From: Spirogloea muscicola
Taxonomy: Eukaryota
Assembly (NCBI GenBank): GCA_009602725.1
Contig: WELB01000008.1
Span: 1,316,522-1,368,696 of the forward strand
DNA length: 52,175 nucleotides
Direction of reading: 5' to 3'
Positions 34,865-46,693 of the stretch are shown in pieces. The notes under the pieces are model-generated. The model worked only from the letters and a program-made list of their open reading frames with translations, ran no database searches and had not been told where the DNA came from. A program made the position numbers and the translations under genes. The stretch's first letter is position 1. Each line of letters begins with the position of its first letter.

Positions 34865-35990
34865 GCTCAGCGCAGGCAGTGCAGTGCAAGGCTGGGAGCG
34901 ACGTATGACGGTGAGCCTGAGGAGACGGCTTGAGCGCTGCCGGCGCTTCCTGAAGCGCTCAGCGCCTTGGTCTGGCAGCCCTGTCGAGGCCCCTCGTCTT
35001 TGACGGCAAGCTGGACGCGCAGCGGCTGAGCAAATTCGCCCGAGGAGCGCAGGTACGAGAAGCAGCACTCACGTCCTTCCACATCAAGACGCGGAGTGTC
35101 GCAGCTGGCAGTGGCTATGATGGCGGCGGCCGCACGGCGGCCGCTGCTCCGGCTGCTTGCGCGGCAGCGAGGGGCGGCCACGGCCAGCCTTCCCGAGGGG
35201 GCAGCGGCGGCTGGCCGGCAGCCAGCGAGCCGCGTCAGGGGCCACGGCGTTCCCCGCCCCGAGTACCACGCGTGGCAGGCGCAGTCTCGGCTCGCCGCCN
35301 CCGCTGCCAGGGCCGCGGCGGCGGCGGGGGCGTGCGGGGCGCCGCGATTGGCGGCGGGGGGCCCGCGGGGCGGGGACAACGACGGTCAGTCGGCCCGTCT
35401 GGCTCTGACGGTAAAGCCCATTGGGTTTGCAGCCATTACCAGACGGCGGGAGAGCCGTTCCGTGTGCGGCCCGGCGCCGTCTCGAACAGCCTCGCCGGCC
35501 GTCTCGTCGCAACGGCGTGGAGGGTCCGACTACTGGCGGGGCACAAGCGGCCCCCGGCCGTCGCGACGCAGATGGGAGAAGCGCCCTTCGGCCCCGTCTG
35601 GCGTCGTCAAGCTTCCGCCGCTGCGCGAGGTGCCCCCGCTTTGAACTCTCTCCCGCGCACAGCCCGTTTCAAACCGGACCCTCCGCACACCAGCTGCCGC
35701 TTCTCCATGTGTCGTTTCCTCACCGTGATTAAGCTCCCCAGGGCCGCACGCAAGGCCACAGCAGCCATGGCCGCCGACAAGGCCACCTTTCCCGCGACCG
35801 CTACTGCCTGCCTGCGGCCTCCGGCAGCTCGGCCGACTGGCCTGCGCTGCTCGCCGTGCCTGCACTCTCCTCTGTGCACGCGCCCTGCCCTCGGCCCCCC
35901 CCCTCGCCTACCCACTTTCGACTTGTGGCTATGCCAGCAAGTGGAAAATGGGATGCAGCTTCGCCTGCTAAATGGCTCACTGTGCCTCAG

Positions 35991-36700
35991 GTTGCAGTGG
36001 CGGGTCAAGTCTGCTGATCAAGGAGAGTCCATCTGATACCATTAGTGGTACCCGCATCCTATCAACTACGCGCTTAGTAGCAAAGAACTTGCATCTAATG
36101 TCGAACCAGCAAAAGCAACTCTAGTTTGTCACGAGGCAGCAATGTAGACGATTCGAGAATACGATTCCGGCTCCTCTTCACCTTCCTGACAAAAGTCCCT
36201 TGCCTTGAAGTTGTAATCAGCCGAGATTGGTACGGAGCAAAAGGACCGACGATAATGGAACCAACACACGCGGCATATTGCAAGGTGTTGGTCTGCTAGA
36301 TATCCTCCTCTTACCCCAGTGATTTGGCATGAGTCAACACGGAGGGTTACCCTATCAATGAAGAATTGCCAACCTTGAATTGTGAAGACTGGCAGTACCT
36401 CCCGTGTGCACTTAGAGCAAGCTGGATACACATCTGTCCAGTGATTGCATGAAATGCACCGCCGCATTGGCACTGTTATCCTGCCCAATCTTACCTCGCC
36501 AGTCTTGACAAATTTAAGCAAGAGGTAAGGAATGCAACAGACTGCCCTAAAGTGCAACATTCACACTTTGATATCATTGTTATGGTCATTAAGCTCTGCA
36601 GTATCACTTGACTTTTTTCTCGCAGATATCGACATTTAGCTGGGACCCGCAACGAATCAATGAAGAACTCAAGCAGCAGCAATTGAGCACCATAAGGTAG
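35991..36700 (+). other. candidate small spliced locus (degenerate gene or lncRNA)
   Basis: Putative exons 35991-36047, 36221-36284, 36503-36524, 36626-36700 are phase-consistent, with a strong donor (GTAAGG at 36525) and acceptor (tttttctcgcag ending 36625); one in-frame TAA at 36253; no family recognised. Confidence 0.25.
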
Positions 36701-37230
36701 CATACCAGTCAAATCAACTGAAAATTGACTGAGAAACCCGACAGCACTGAGGTGTATGACAAGTTCAAGCCATCACTATGACAAGTACAAGCCACCACCA
36801 CCGCTCACTTGCATGCCTCCTCCCCCTTTGATTGCACGTTTTAGTATGAGCAAAAGTGCCTCTCAGGATTGCCTCTCTATGGTGATGTTCATGTACAAAG
36901 AGATATTTAAGCTAAGGCCCCTGGCACTGGACTGCAACAAGGGGGTACAGCATCTACTTGGCTTCTGACACTGCACATATTGGCCACCTTGCTCCAGCTC
37001 CTGGACTTAGTGTATGCGAAGGACACGGCGAATGAGGATTCTCACTGAAACTGACACTCTCCTCCTCAAAACACAGTGCTACTGACGACCTTGCAGCAAC
37101 CAACTAGGCCTTTTTAGGGCGCATGACAACTGAACCAGGTTGCTAAGACCAAAAATGGTCTGCAACCCAAAAACACCTGCTTTTGGGAATATCCACCGGT
37201 GTTGAGTGTATAGATCTAAAATGTGCAATT

Positions 37231-39111
37231 TCACCAGTCATCCGGATATACTTGGCGCAGCTTTGAACCCGGGACGTAGGTGCCATCTTGCAGACCAACA
37301 AAGAACTGCAGATATGGACCACATGAACAATCAGGGCAAACAAATTGGTCGACAATGGCCACATGATGGACTCCAGAGTGCAGTGCTCGTAGAAGCAAAA
37401 CACACGACTGGCCCCCCTAGTAAGACTTCTTCCTGAGACCAGTGTTGAAGCTACCACTGAAGTTCAAAAGCAACAAGCCACATGCAAGATGACCCATGCT
37501 TACAATAACACACAAACATGGGTCTGCACAAGAAGTGAGGCAACTCACCCGGGTGATCCAAGGGTGCATCACAGGCCTGTTCGTCTTTTGGATGACAATA
37601 TTCTCCTGGGCCACGTAGGTTGACATACCCCCCGGCCTGTCCCTTGTGTCAACAAGGACATGGTAGAAGGGCTGATTGGGCCCCTTGGGCAAGGCATCGA
37701 TCTTCATGGCTTCCTGCCACTCCTGAGGAGCTGAGCACTCTGGATCATGGCCGTAGACAACTCCCCTGTAACCTGCAGTGTGGTGAGGAGAGTCAAGTCT
37801 CTTAGGGCTGAGTACTGAACTAGCACAACTGGATAGTTGGCAAAGGCAGCCTGACCATCAGCAGCAACCAGGACTACCTTGAGAGGAAAGCTCACAAAAT
37901 GTCAGGTCCTGTCAATTCCTGCTGCAGCAGATATATTATCACTGACTGCTTTGCTGGAAGCATGATGAATACACAGAGTGAAGACATGAACTGACTGAAC
38001 CCAACTGACTGAACTGACTAAAGTCCACAGTAAGAGGACTGGCTTACCATATCTGCGGTGGATGATGACATCTCCCACCCTGAATGTCACCTGGGGCTTG
38101 ACAGACAAATCCAAGACGCGCTTGCGAAATTGGAGGACGTTCAGAGCATCTCGTATCTGATAAGTCCAAAATACCACTGGTCAGTAGGCTTGCCAAGCGT
38201 CCCAGATGGCACATCAATGGTTGATGACACCGACATTGATCAAGGCACAATATGGGATGAGCAGCATGATGCTGCTTGTGCACACCACAGAATACTGATT
38301 AGCTCCACCACAATATGCAAAGAAGATTCCAAGGCTCACTTCCGCAGCTTCAGCGTATTGCTCCTTGGCGACAAAAACACGGAGGCGATCACGCATGTCA
38401 TTGACCTCCTGCAGCAAGTTCCTATAAGATTCGGTGGTCTCAAGCACCTGCACGAGAACAGAATACAGGTGATGAAATCAAAGCTAATATCCACTTCATC
38501 ATCTGTTCCCAAATAACCAGCAGCAAGCTGCAAGATGGGCGCCCATGCCCAGATTGTGAGCAACTAGCAACCCCACTGGCGCACAGCATTGTCATGCATC
38601 ACGGATGTGACGTGGGTGGTGAGTCTGCTGTAGCCCGATGCTTTGTGCAGGAGTGATGCCATACTCCTGTGTGTGACAACACTGCAAAGCAGAATAGAAT
38701 AACCGCTGCACAGGACTAGCAACCAAGCTGGCGGCACTGTCACACCTGCCGTGCGTTCTTCTCCAGCAAGCACTCGTTGCCAAAGGAGTCGCGATAGTTG
38801 CTCAAGGGGTCCAGCACCTCCATCACCCAGCGCTTGTTCCTGGCAGCCCGGGCTCGCTTAGAGGCAGCCTGGCCGCTCGTCTTGGAAGATGCGCCGTCCA
38901 GCGCAGCCCTGTCTCCCAGCCACGGGCTGACCAGCATTGCCCCAGGCGCGACGGGCGCCCTGCTCTTGGCTCCCCGGGGCTGTGATGACGAGTGCACAAT
39001 CAGCGGGCCAGCCGCCGCGCCGTCGTGGTGCTGGAGGACAGAGCTGCTGGAAGATAGAGCTGCGGACGGGAATGCGCATCGGAGGGGCAGCGCCGAGGTG
39101 AGGGCCGCCAT
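37231..39111 (-). CDS. plastid-targeted UVR + YccV/HspQ-like domain protein (ClpF-related adaptor)
   Basis: Exons 39111-38746, 38447-38340, 38156-38048, 37772-37549, 37305-37231. Ser/Ala-rich transit-peptide-like N-terminus; UVR motif LRVFVAKEQYAEAAEIRD; YccV FRVGDVIIHRRYGYRGVVYGHDPEC..W..QPFYHVLVD..TYVAQENI..HPWITRFF..YVP..LRQVYP. Confidence 0.88.
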
Positions 39112-39687
39112 GTCTCGAACGGAGGGCGAGCTTGATCGCAAGCCCCGGCCGCGCTAAGGCAAAGCTCGCCGCAACAACAGGGCCAAACGGCCCCTGCCGG
39201 CGCCGCCGCCGCGGTCGTCGCCGCTCCTGGCGCCGCGGCACACGCCGGGCGCGGCGGCGAGCGCNGCGCCGCGGCACACGCCGCGGCGCGGCGGCGAGCG
39301 GCGAGGGCTTGATGGCCGCCGCGGGGCGCTTTGCGCCGCGGGCGGCGGCGGCGGCGGCGACGGCGGAGGCGGAGGCGGAGGGGGCGTCTGGCGGTGGACA
39401 CAGCATCCCTCGTTCTTCGCACCCCGCGAGCCAAATCCGTGGTCGAATGCCCAAGCTTCGCCGTGGCGCGCCTCTGCGACCAGTAAGTACACCACGATGT
39501 CCCACGGCGATATTTATCATCGATTCGCCGACCGAAATCTGCCCCCCCCGGCCGCCCCGCCTCCCCCCAGCCACACAGCCCGCCGCAGGCCAATGGCCAG
39601 CCCGCTCGCCGCGCGCCGCCGGCCGCCCGATGCGATCCTGATCGGGCGGCCGTGGCGGGCCGCCCACCTCCTCCCGATCGACTTTAA

Positions 39688-39728
39688 CGACGAAGAAAGT
39701 GGCCAATATTGGCCACTTTCTATCGTCG
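39688..39728. promoter_or_regulatory. palindrome with back-to-back CCAAT boxes in the ClpF-like/PBC divergent intergenic region
   Basis: 28-bp perfect palindrome agaaagtggccaatattggccactttct (39694-39721), extended by cgacga/tcgtcg with one bulged base; the regulatory role is inferred. Confidence 0.5.
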
Positions 39729-40236
39729 CAGCCTTGTCGCCTAGGCCGCCGGGCGCCGGAGTATCCCGGTTCGCGGGATCCTGTTGACGCAGCAAGGGAT
39801 CCCAGATCCCGGCGCCGGCCGCTAACTGGCAGTAAACGCGTGAGCCCTGAGCTTCGCCGGGGTCCCGTTCCCACTGCCCGTGAGTATCAACCCCGCAGGG
39901 AGGCTCCGTTCCCACTGGTCATGCTCCCGCCCCGAGGAGGTACACCCTCAGGGGCTTTTGTCCAAACCCTCCATAGATCGACCACGCTTGCTCCCCTCTT
40001 CCCGAGCCTGCACGCTCCATCGCCGGCGCCGCGAGGCTCGCCGGCGGCTCTCGTCGCCCTCCATCGACGATGCAGCTCTAAGCGACGTTGCCCTCGTCAC
40101 CTCCCGGTGCCAGTGGCGGCGGCACAGGGGGAGCCGAGGCTGGCCGAACAACCTCCTCAGTGGAGAGCCCTTGTTCTCCTAGCTGCAGCTACTGTCGCTG
40201 CGGGGCGCGGCGGGCGGGCCCGTAAGAGCCGCCGCG

Positions 40237-42025
40237 ATGTCGGTAAGCGCTCTTCTCCTCGTTCGCAGTGAGGAGTTGGCTTCGGCACCAAGGGACTGCG
40301 GCCGACACTGAGTGAAGTGCCAGCCCAATTCAATGGCTGCACCACCAGCAGCCTGAGCGGCAGGACGCCGCATGCAGATCCTGGCGTACAACGGCGGCGC
40401 CATCGTGGCAATGGTAGGTAAGGGCTGCTTCGCCATCGCCAGCGACCGGAGGTTCGGCGTGCAGCAGCAGACCGTGGCCTGCGACTTCCAGCGCATCTTC
40501 AAGATCCACGACCGGCTCTACATCGGCCTGTCCGGCCTCGGCACGGACGTCCAAACGCTGTGCGTGGTTCTTGGGAGCCATCCGGGCTCCGCTTCGTCTC
40601 GTGTAACTGTGAATTCGCACGAGCTCGCTTGCAGTTCCAGCTTCTGTCGTGTAGTTGCAGCCGAGAGCGCCTTCCTCATGTTCCTATGGACGGTCAGCAC
40701 CATCCTGGCCTGGTTTGAGATCCTCAGTCCTTGTCTGTGACACAGCTATCAACGCCTAGTATTCCGGCACAAGCTCTACCAGCTGCGGGAGGAGAGGAAC
40801 ATGCGGCCCCAGACCTTTGCCAACCTCGTGTCCTCGGTCCTCTACGAGAAGCGGTAAGAGCTGACTCAATACTATTCTGCACCTGGGAAGCCAGAGAGCA
40901 GTCACTTTTGTGCACACTCCTAGGGTGCCTTCCTACCGGGCCTGTTTTATTTGCAGCTCTGAAGAACGACTCAGAGTAATCATACCTCGACAAGCTGCTC
41001 TACAGGATGCATATTGACCAGTTTACCAACCTACAAAACCCTCTGACACAACCTGAGGGTTCCCTTTTCTCTCATTCTCATGAAATTTCAGCAATTTCTC
41101 GATTTTGAAGCAGGTTCGGGCCTTACTTCTGTGAGCCAATCATTGTTGGTCTGGAGGAGAATGGCGAGCCCTTCATTTGCACAACTGATTTAATTGGCGC
41201 CAAGTATGACAATCAAGAACAGACTCATTGCTTGCACTATAGCTTATGTAACGATTGCAGGAGTTGCTTTGGTGGATTTGGGCTTATGTCCTCGCTGTCA
41301 GAGGTTGACCTTGATAGTGCAGGAGTAGCAAGCCTTTCTTTGGTCATCTGAGCATATCACGACCCATTGTGCAGGCAATTGGCTGAGGACTTCTGTGTGT
41401 CAGGAACTGCTTCTGAATCTTTATATGGTGCTTGTGAGTCCATGTATCGTTCAAGTATGGTAAGCAAGCTGTTCAGAATCATGGTTAACAGGCCCAATCT
41501 TTCAAGTAGACTCAGAGTCAAAATAGAATCCTTCTTTTGACGATGTCAGCCACGGAGTCTTATCACTTCGACCTACGATGTCATCCTGTAGCCATCATAT
41601 GCAAATTGGAATTTGCATTCTCGGGAAATTGGCAGGGCTGATGAAGTGGATGCTTGGCGAGCCTATTGGGTTGCATGTTGTACACGCTGATAAATATGTG
41701 ATCCTGGCCTACCTCATCCTTTGCCCTGTTTCAGGAACCGGAGGAGTTATTTGAGACTATCTCCCAGGCCCTCTTATCCTCTGTAGACCGTGACTGCCTC
41801 AGCGGTTGGGGTGGCATTGTCCATGTCGTGTAATGTCATCAACCTCAACCCTCAGTCTTGGGGCTGTATTCTGTCTTCACTTGCCATGAAGTGCTCGGCT
41901 TTTGAGTGCTTCTTGGCTTTAGGATGTTCATGCCTCTGTTCTTCTCTGATCCAGACATTTGGCCTTTCTTTCGCAGGACCGGAGAGGAGGTTGTCACTCG
42001 TACATTGAAAGGCCGTATGGATTGA
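40237..42025 (+). CDS. PBC1: 20S proteasome subunit beta type-3 (204 aa)
   Basis: Exons 40237-40242, 40378-40559, 40746-40853, 41114-41203, 41375-41459, 41735-41829, 41977-42025 (615 nt). [75 protein letters not shown]. Confidence 0.98.
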
Positions 42026-42469
42026 TCCTGAGGACACTTGGTCTGAATACATTTGTACTCCTGTACATTCGGTTCATTCTCATCCTTCTACGTAGGAGAC
42101 TGGTCATGGAAATACAGAACCCTAGACACCCAGTCTCACCTGCATATCAGATAGCAATGATGACACTTCATTGCCATTGCCTGGCTTACTCCTGGGGTCC
42201 CTTGTAAGCTACAGTACGGGAGAATTATTACTTCAAGTTTAAGTTCTCAGCTAATACAAGCTCCACAAGGGATGGCAGCAGCTGTAGGAATCACTTTTGA
42301 GACAGACTGTGGGCATGCAAAGGTATGTCAGTTGGGGGCAACTTTTAGCCTTAGCTGAAGAAACGCAAGAGGGCGCCATCTTGGTCAAGCCTAGTTCAGC
42401 ACCACCTTACCCTGAAGGAAATCGAGGGAATAAGCATTTGGTGCACACAACGGGCGTCAGTCAGTCTGC

Positions 42470-45400
42470 TCAGCGGCGCTGGCGAATCTTGAGCTTTTTG
42501 TGCTGCCGCCTGAGCTTCCAAGCAGAATGATCTCTGCCACTGCGAAGCAGCTTGGCACGTTTCTGTAACTCTTGAAGAATGTAAACATGGACGCCATTCT
42601 CTGCTGCTTGGTTGTACAGGAAGCGGTGCTGCACGCTCCGCAAAGCCTCCTGCCAAATGGCAAGGCTCATTTTCTGCTCTTAGGTGGTCTGCAATGCCCT
42701 TTTGATAGCTTCAGAAGGTTTTTTCTTAAGGTCTGAGAATTTGCAGCATTATTGCATTATCTGCGTGGTCGCCAAGTACAAGGCTGAAGACTGCCGAGCT
42801 TCACCTTCATGGCCTTGTAGCGGAATTCGTCCTTCAGCACGGCGTCAATGCGGTCGGGCAATGTAGCCACCTCGGACGGCCGAATCACGATGGAAAAGGC
42901 GTGGTAATCGACTTCGTCCTCCCACGGCTGGTCGTGGTCTGCAAAGAAGAGCACAGGGATGCACCCCAACAGCACTGCCTTCGCCAGGTGGCTCGTCCAC
43001 TGCAGGCGACAGCAGGGTGTCGGTCACTCGTTGTACTGTCTTCTACAGCCGCAGGCATCTTGATGCAGCCAGCGGCTACTGCAGACCATCTTGAAGTTTA
43101 CAGCTGGTAGAGATTCACTATCGGACGTTCTACGGTTACACACGCATACACGACACTGACGAGCGAGCCAGGGCAACCAGACTCATGGGCCACTGCACGT
43201 CAAGCACTGGACCCGACAGCCTAAGAGCCCTATGCACTCTTGTGGCTACCAGCGCAGGCACCCTCGTCTCACGGTTTTGGGCTGCGGACTGCAGGCCCTG
43301 GCTTGGGCCAGTGCTGAGAAACGCAAACGGCCCTGCCTGCTTCCATCTGGCCAAGAAGCATGCATGGCTTCTAGGCCGGCAAATATGCACCACCCCGGCT
43401 CGCTATGTGTCCCAACATAGGTGCTGCCATACACGGCCAGACGGGCGGGTCTGCAGTGGCGGAACAAGGATGTGGCCGGGACAGGGACCAAGGACGAGGC
43501 ACTCCTCGGCCAGCCCGGAAATACGCTACAGTGCAAAACTATGGCTGTCCATGCAGCCTCGGCAAGCAGCAGGTGCTTATCCCCACCCTCTCTCAATAGC
43601 AGCGATCAAAGACCAGCATGTAGTATACTGTATGCCTGGGCTCGACTTCCAACTCTCATTCTAGTTTTAAGCCCGTCATTGAGACCATTCTCTGCACCCC
43701 TAGCACACTAACCTGATATAATGACGACAAAATAGATGGACATTGACTACAGAGTGCTTAATTCGGGCAGAGGCGCCCACCTGAGAGAGGGACGGTGGGC
43801 AGGCGCAAAACTTTGCGTGCTTCATGTCCGACACCGTTCCGTCGTCCGTCGCCTTCCGCAGGCTCCACCCAACTATCTGCCGCTCCCGCCATGTGTCGTA
43901 GATCTCCCGCCGCACCGAGTGCCCATGGTGCATTGTCGCCGTGCCCTAGAATGCCAGCCATTCCAACATGTCAGAGCTTGACCCACTCATCTTCCAGTTC
44001 GTGACGAGCAATAAGGATGTGACAGCGGAGGCCGCCAAGCGCTTGCACTCAGCAGGCGACGCACTTCGTCCTCACCTCGAAGTCCTTCCCGAATCTGCCA
44101 ATGAGGTCGATGGCGCGCTGATTCCACTCGGGCTCGCTGATCTCAAGGTTGGTCATGGCTGGGACGATAATGTCGTGCCCAGGGATGTAGCACGGGACAT
44201 GCGGCACCTGTCGGCCTCAGCACGACACAGAGGCTTGCCTCAGGTCGTAACTCAAGTGTGTACAGTGCTCTGCTGGAGATGGGTGCCCTACGCTGGTTAC
44301 AAGCACCTGAGCCAGTGGCCTTTGAATGAATGCAGCAGGGGAAGGTATGGCGGATGAGACCTTGACATTGCTGTAATGAGACCTTGGGTTGTACGCGATG
44401 TAGCGGATGCCGAGCTGCGGATGGCCCATGCGGCTCGATGTCCGTTGGTCGCCACTCAGCTGCAACGTAAACAACTGCACCCCCCATGCGATCGTGGCTG
44501 GTGCTGGCTTAGAGCCCCACTTGCATCAAGAGGCAGCAAATTCCTAAACACTGGCTGCTAGCATGGCCTCCACAACTCTAAGAAGCACACACTGAACACT
44601 TTAGATTCGATCTGTGTTGTGTGTAAGGATTCTAAGGTTGGTGTGTTAGGCCTATCGGGCCCGTAGGCTAAGGAAAGCTGGGAGAATGAGAGAAGAAGCA
44701 AGATGGAATGGCAATGATCTTGAGTTGAGGGAAGGCAACTGCATCAATCTCCATTCGAAAGGAGAGTGTCGGTATTGGGTGGAGGATTGAAGGGTCAAGA
44801 GGAGATTTGCATTGAATACAGGGCATGTGTTTGTAAGAGAGACTGAAAGCAAGGAGGGAGGAGATCATGGTGAGGGGGGAGGGGGAGAAGGAAAGGGGGT
44901 GGGGGGACTGGAGGGGGCGAGGACACTGCAGACGAACCTCGCCGTAGAGCTTGGGGTCCACAAATGTGAGGGCGGAGCAGCGGCCGTGGTCGTGGGACGT
45001 GACGAGGAAGTGGTCGCGCCCGTTGCGGCGCCGGAAGTACGGGTGCTCCTCCTGGACGAGCTGGAGCGCGTCGCTGATGAGGCCCCCGGTGGCGGCCACG
45101 GCCTCGTGCATGTTTACGTCCTCGCCAACCTGCACTGCACAACGGTTCTCAGGCTTACTGTAGCAAATGTAGAGCTTAAGAGCAAAGGAACAAGATTAAC
45201 CAATAGATTGGAATGCTTGCTGCAGCTTGGCGAAGCGCTGCATCAAGCTGTCCCGCAGTCGTCTGTCCTTGTGCTACAAATTTCTCGGCAGGTGGGCGTC
45301 TTGCGAGGGGGTGCGCGACCTTGGTGTTGCAGATGAGGTCGACGTGGTACGCGGCGTAGATGGGCAGGAAGAAGAGCGTGGCGCGCTCGGGGTCAGTGGT

Positions 45401-45946
45401 GCGCACGGCGTTGCTGCGGTCCAGCATTGCGTGCACGTACTGCTCCATGTCGTACTGCGCCGCGTGCCAGCGCGGCCGCTGCAGCAGCAGGTCTGCACCT
45501 TCCCAGCACGCTCGGCGTCAGCTTCTGTGGGCCATCGCCGCCGCAACGGCCACCACTATGCAGGGCGAGGAGGAGCGTCGGACCCCACCGGCATGGAAGC
45601 GGCATGGGAGGTCGTAGACGTAGATGAATTGCTCGCCGGCTCCGTCTTTGGCGGCGACACTTGAGTTGCCGCCGCGGACGTCGCCGCCGCGGTGGGCGAG
45701 GTGGCAGCTGAGGGAGCTGGCCCAGCGCACGTAGAACGGCCAGAGCGCGAGCAGGAGCACCGACAGCAGCCGCGCCGCAGCGCCCGAGGCCACCCAGTCG
45801 CCGCAGCCGCCGCCCTTTACATGGCGACCCGGTGACGGCGGGGCCTGCTTCCAGATGGCCCGCCGCAGGACGCTGGCAGCCGCAGCAGCCGCCGACAGCA
45901 TTGTCGGATGCCACCAAGCCCCTTCACGCCCCGTAGCGGAAGCCAT
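42470..45946 (-). CDS. exostosin-family (GT47) glycosyltransferase, type II membrane
   Basis: TM LLSVLLLALWPFYV; FIYVYDLPCRFH; RTTDPERATLFFLPIY; HPYFRRRNGRDHFLVTSHDHG; HDIIVP; KFCACP..W...L..AVLLGCIPV..PWEDEVDY..FSIVI; about 8 exons. Confidence 0.92.
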
Positions 45947-46418
45947 GGCGCCTGAGTCCTGGCGGCGGAGGATGACCACGGGGCCGCTGGAGGCGGGGAG
46001 GCGAGTCCCGGCGGCGGTGGCGCTCCAGCCGAGGCCCTGAATGCCGCATTGCGAGCGCCGTCCCAGAGCGGGCGCACAGTCGCTCCAAAGCCCAGGTCTT
46101 TGACAAGCGCGGGTGAATGGGATCGGCGGCCAAGGCACCGGCAGCTGCGGCGACGGCGTCTATGGACGAGCAAGCAGCGTGGCTTAAGTGGATGGAGGAG
46201 AGGCCTTGAGCAGCTATGGAGGGGGGATCGGCAGTCCAGTGCAGGTGGAGCGTGGGGGGGGGGGGNGGGGGGGGAGGGCCGCCTTCCTGCCAGCCTTCCC
46301 CACTGCTGGGCGCCCACCAACCTGCGTCGCCCCGGGCCGCATCTGCTGCGGCCGGCGGGCGGCCGCCCTCCTCTTTCATATCAGCAGCTGCTTCCCCGCC
46401 TCTTCCCTCCCTCGTTCT

Positions 46419-46693
46419 TGTCGTTCTTGCGCTGTCGAGTGTCGGCCTGTTTGCAGCGTGTGCTCAGTCAGGCTCATGCTTTGCACCAGCACGCTGGGCG
46501 AGTTCTAGTTGGTGGCTGGAAGGAGCTTCGCATCTGCCATCTGGTGTATTCAGGCATCGTTTAGCGACCTTCATGTGTTGACCCGTGGTTACTGAGCGAG
46601 TCAAATTGCAGTTCGTCGTGCACGTCATCAGATGTGCTTGCCGTTGTACTTGGCCACTTTGGCCTTCGACCACTTTCAATACAAGAGATCCCC
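46419..46693 (-). repeat. dispersed non-coding repeat, copy 2
   Basis: reverse-complement homolog of 2548-2810. Confidence 0.85.

Noticed and set aside
35084..35732. Overlapping Ala/Arg-rich ORFs on both strands
   Set aside because: Better explained as the GT106 5' UTR exon (minus-strand GTGAGT donor at 35072) and GC-rich promoter
39230..39303. ~35-bp direct repeat gcgccgcggcacacgccg..gcgcggcggcgagcg
   Set aside because: The copies sit on either side of a single N (39265), which is typical of an unmerged contig overlap
38858..40271. 338-aa and other long ORFs in the ClpF-like/PBC1 intergenic region
   Set aside because: Stop-poor GC-rich sequence crossing an N join; no domain signal
46605..46635. 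Hammerhead-ribozyme-like core on the minus strand (CTGATGA-cgtgcacg-acGAAC) within the dispersed repeat
   Set aside because: No GAAA in register, no pairing for stems I and III, and the stem is not kept in the copy at ~2608
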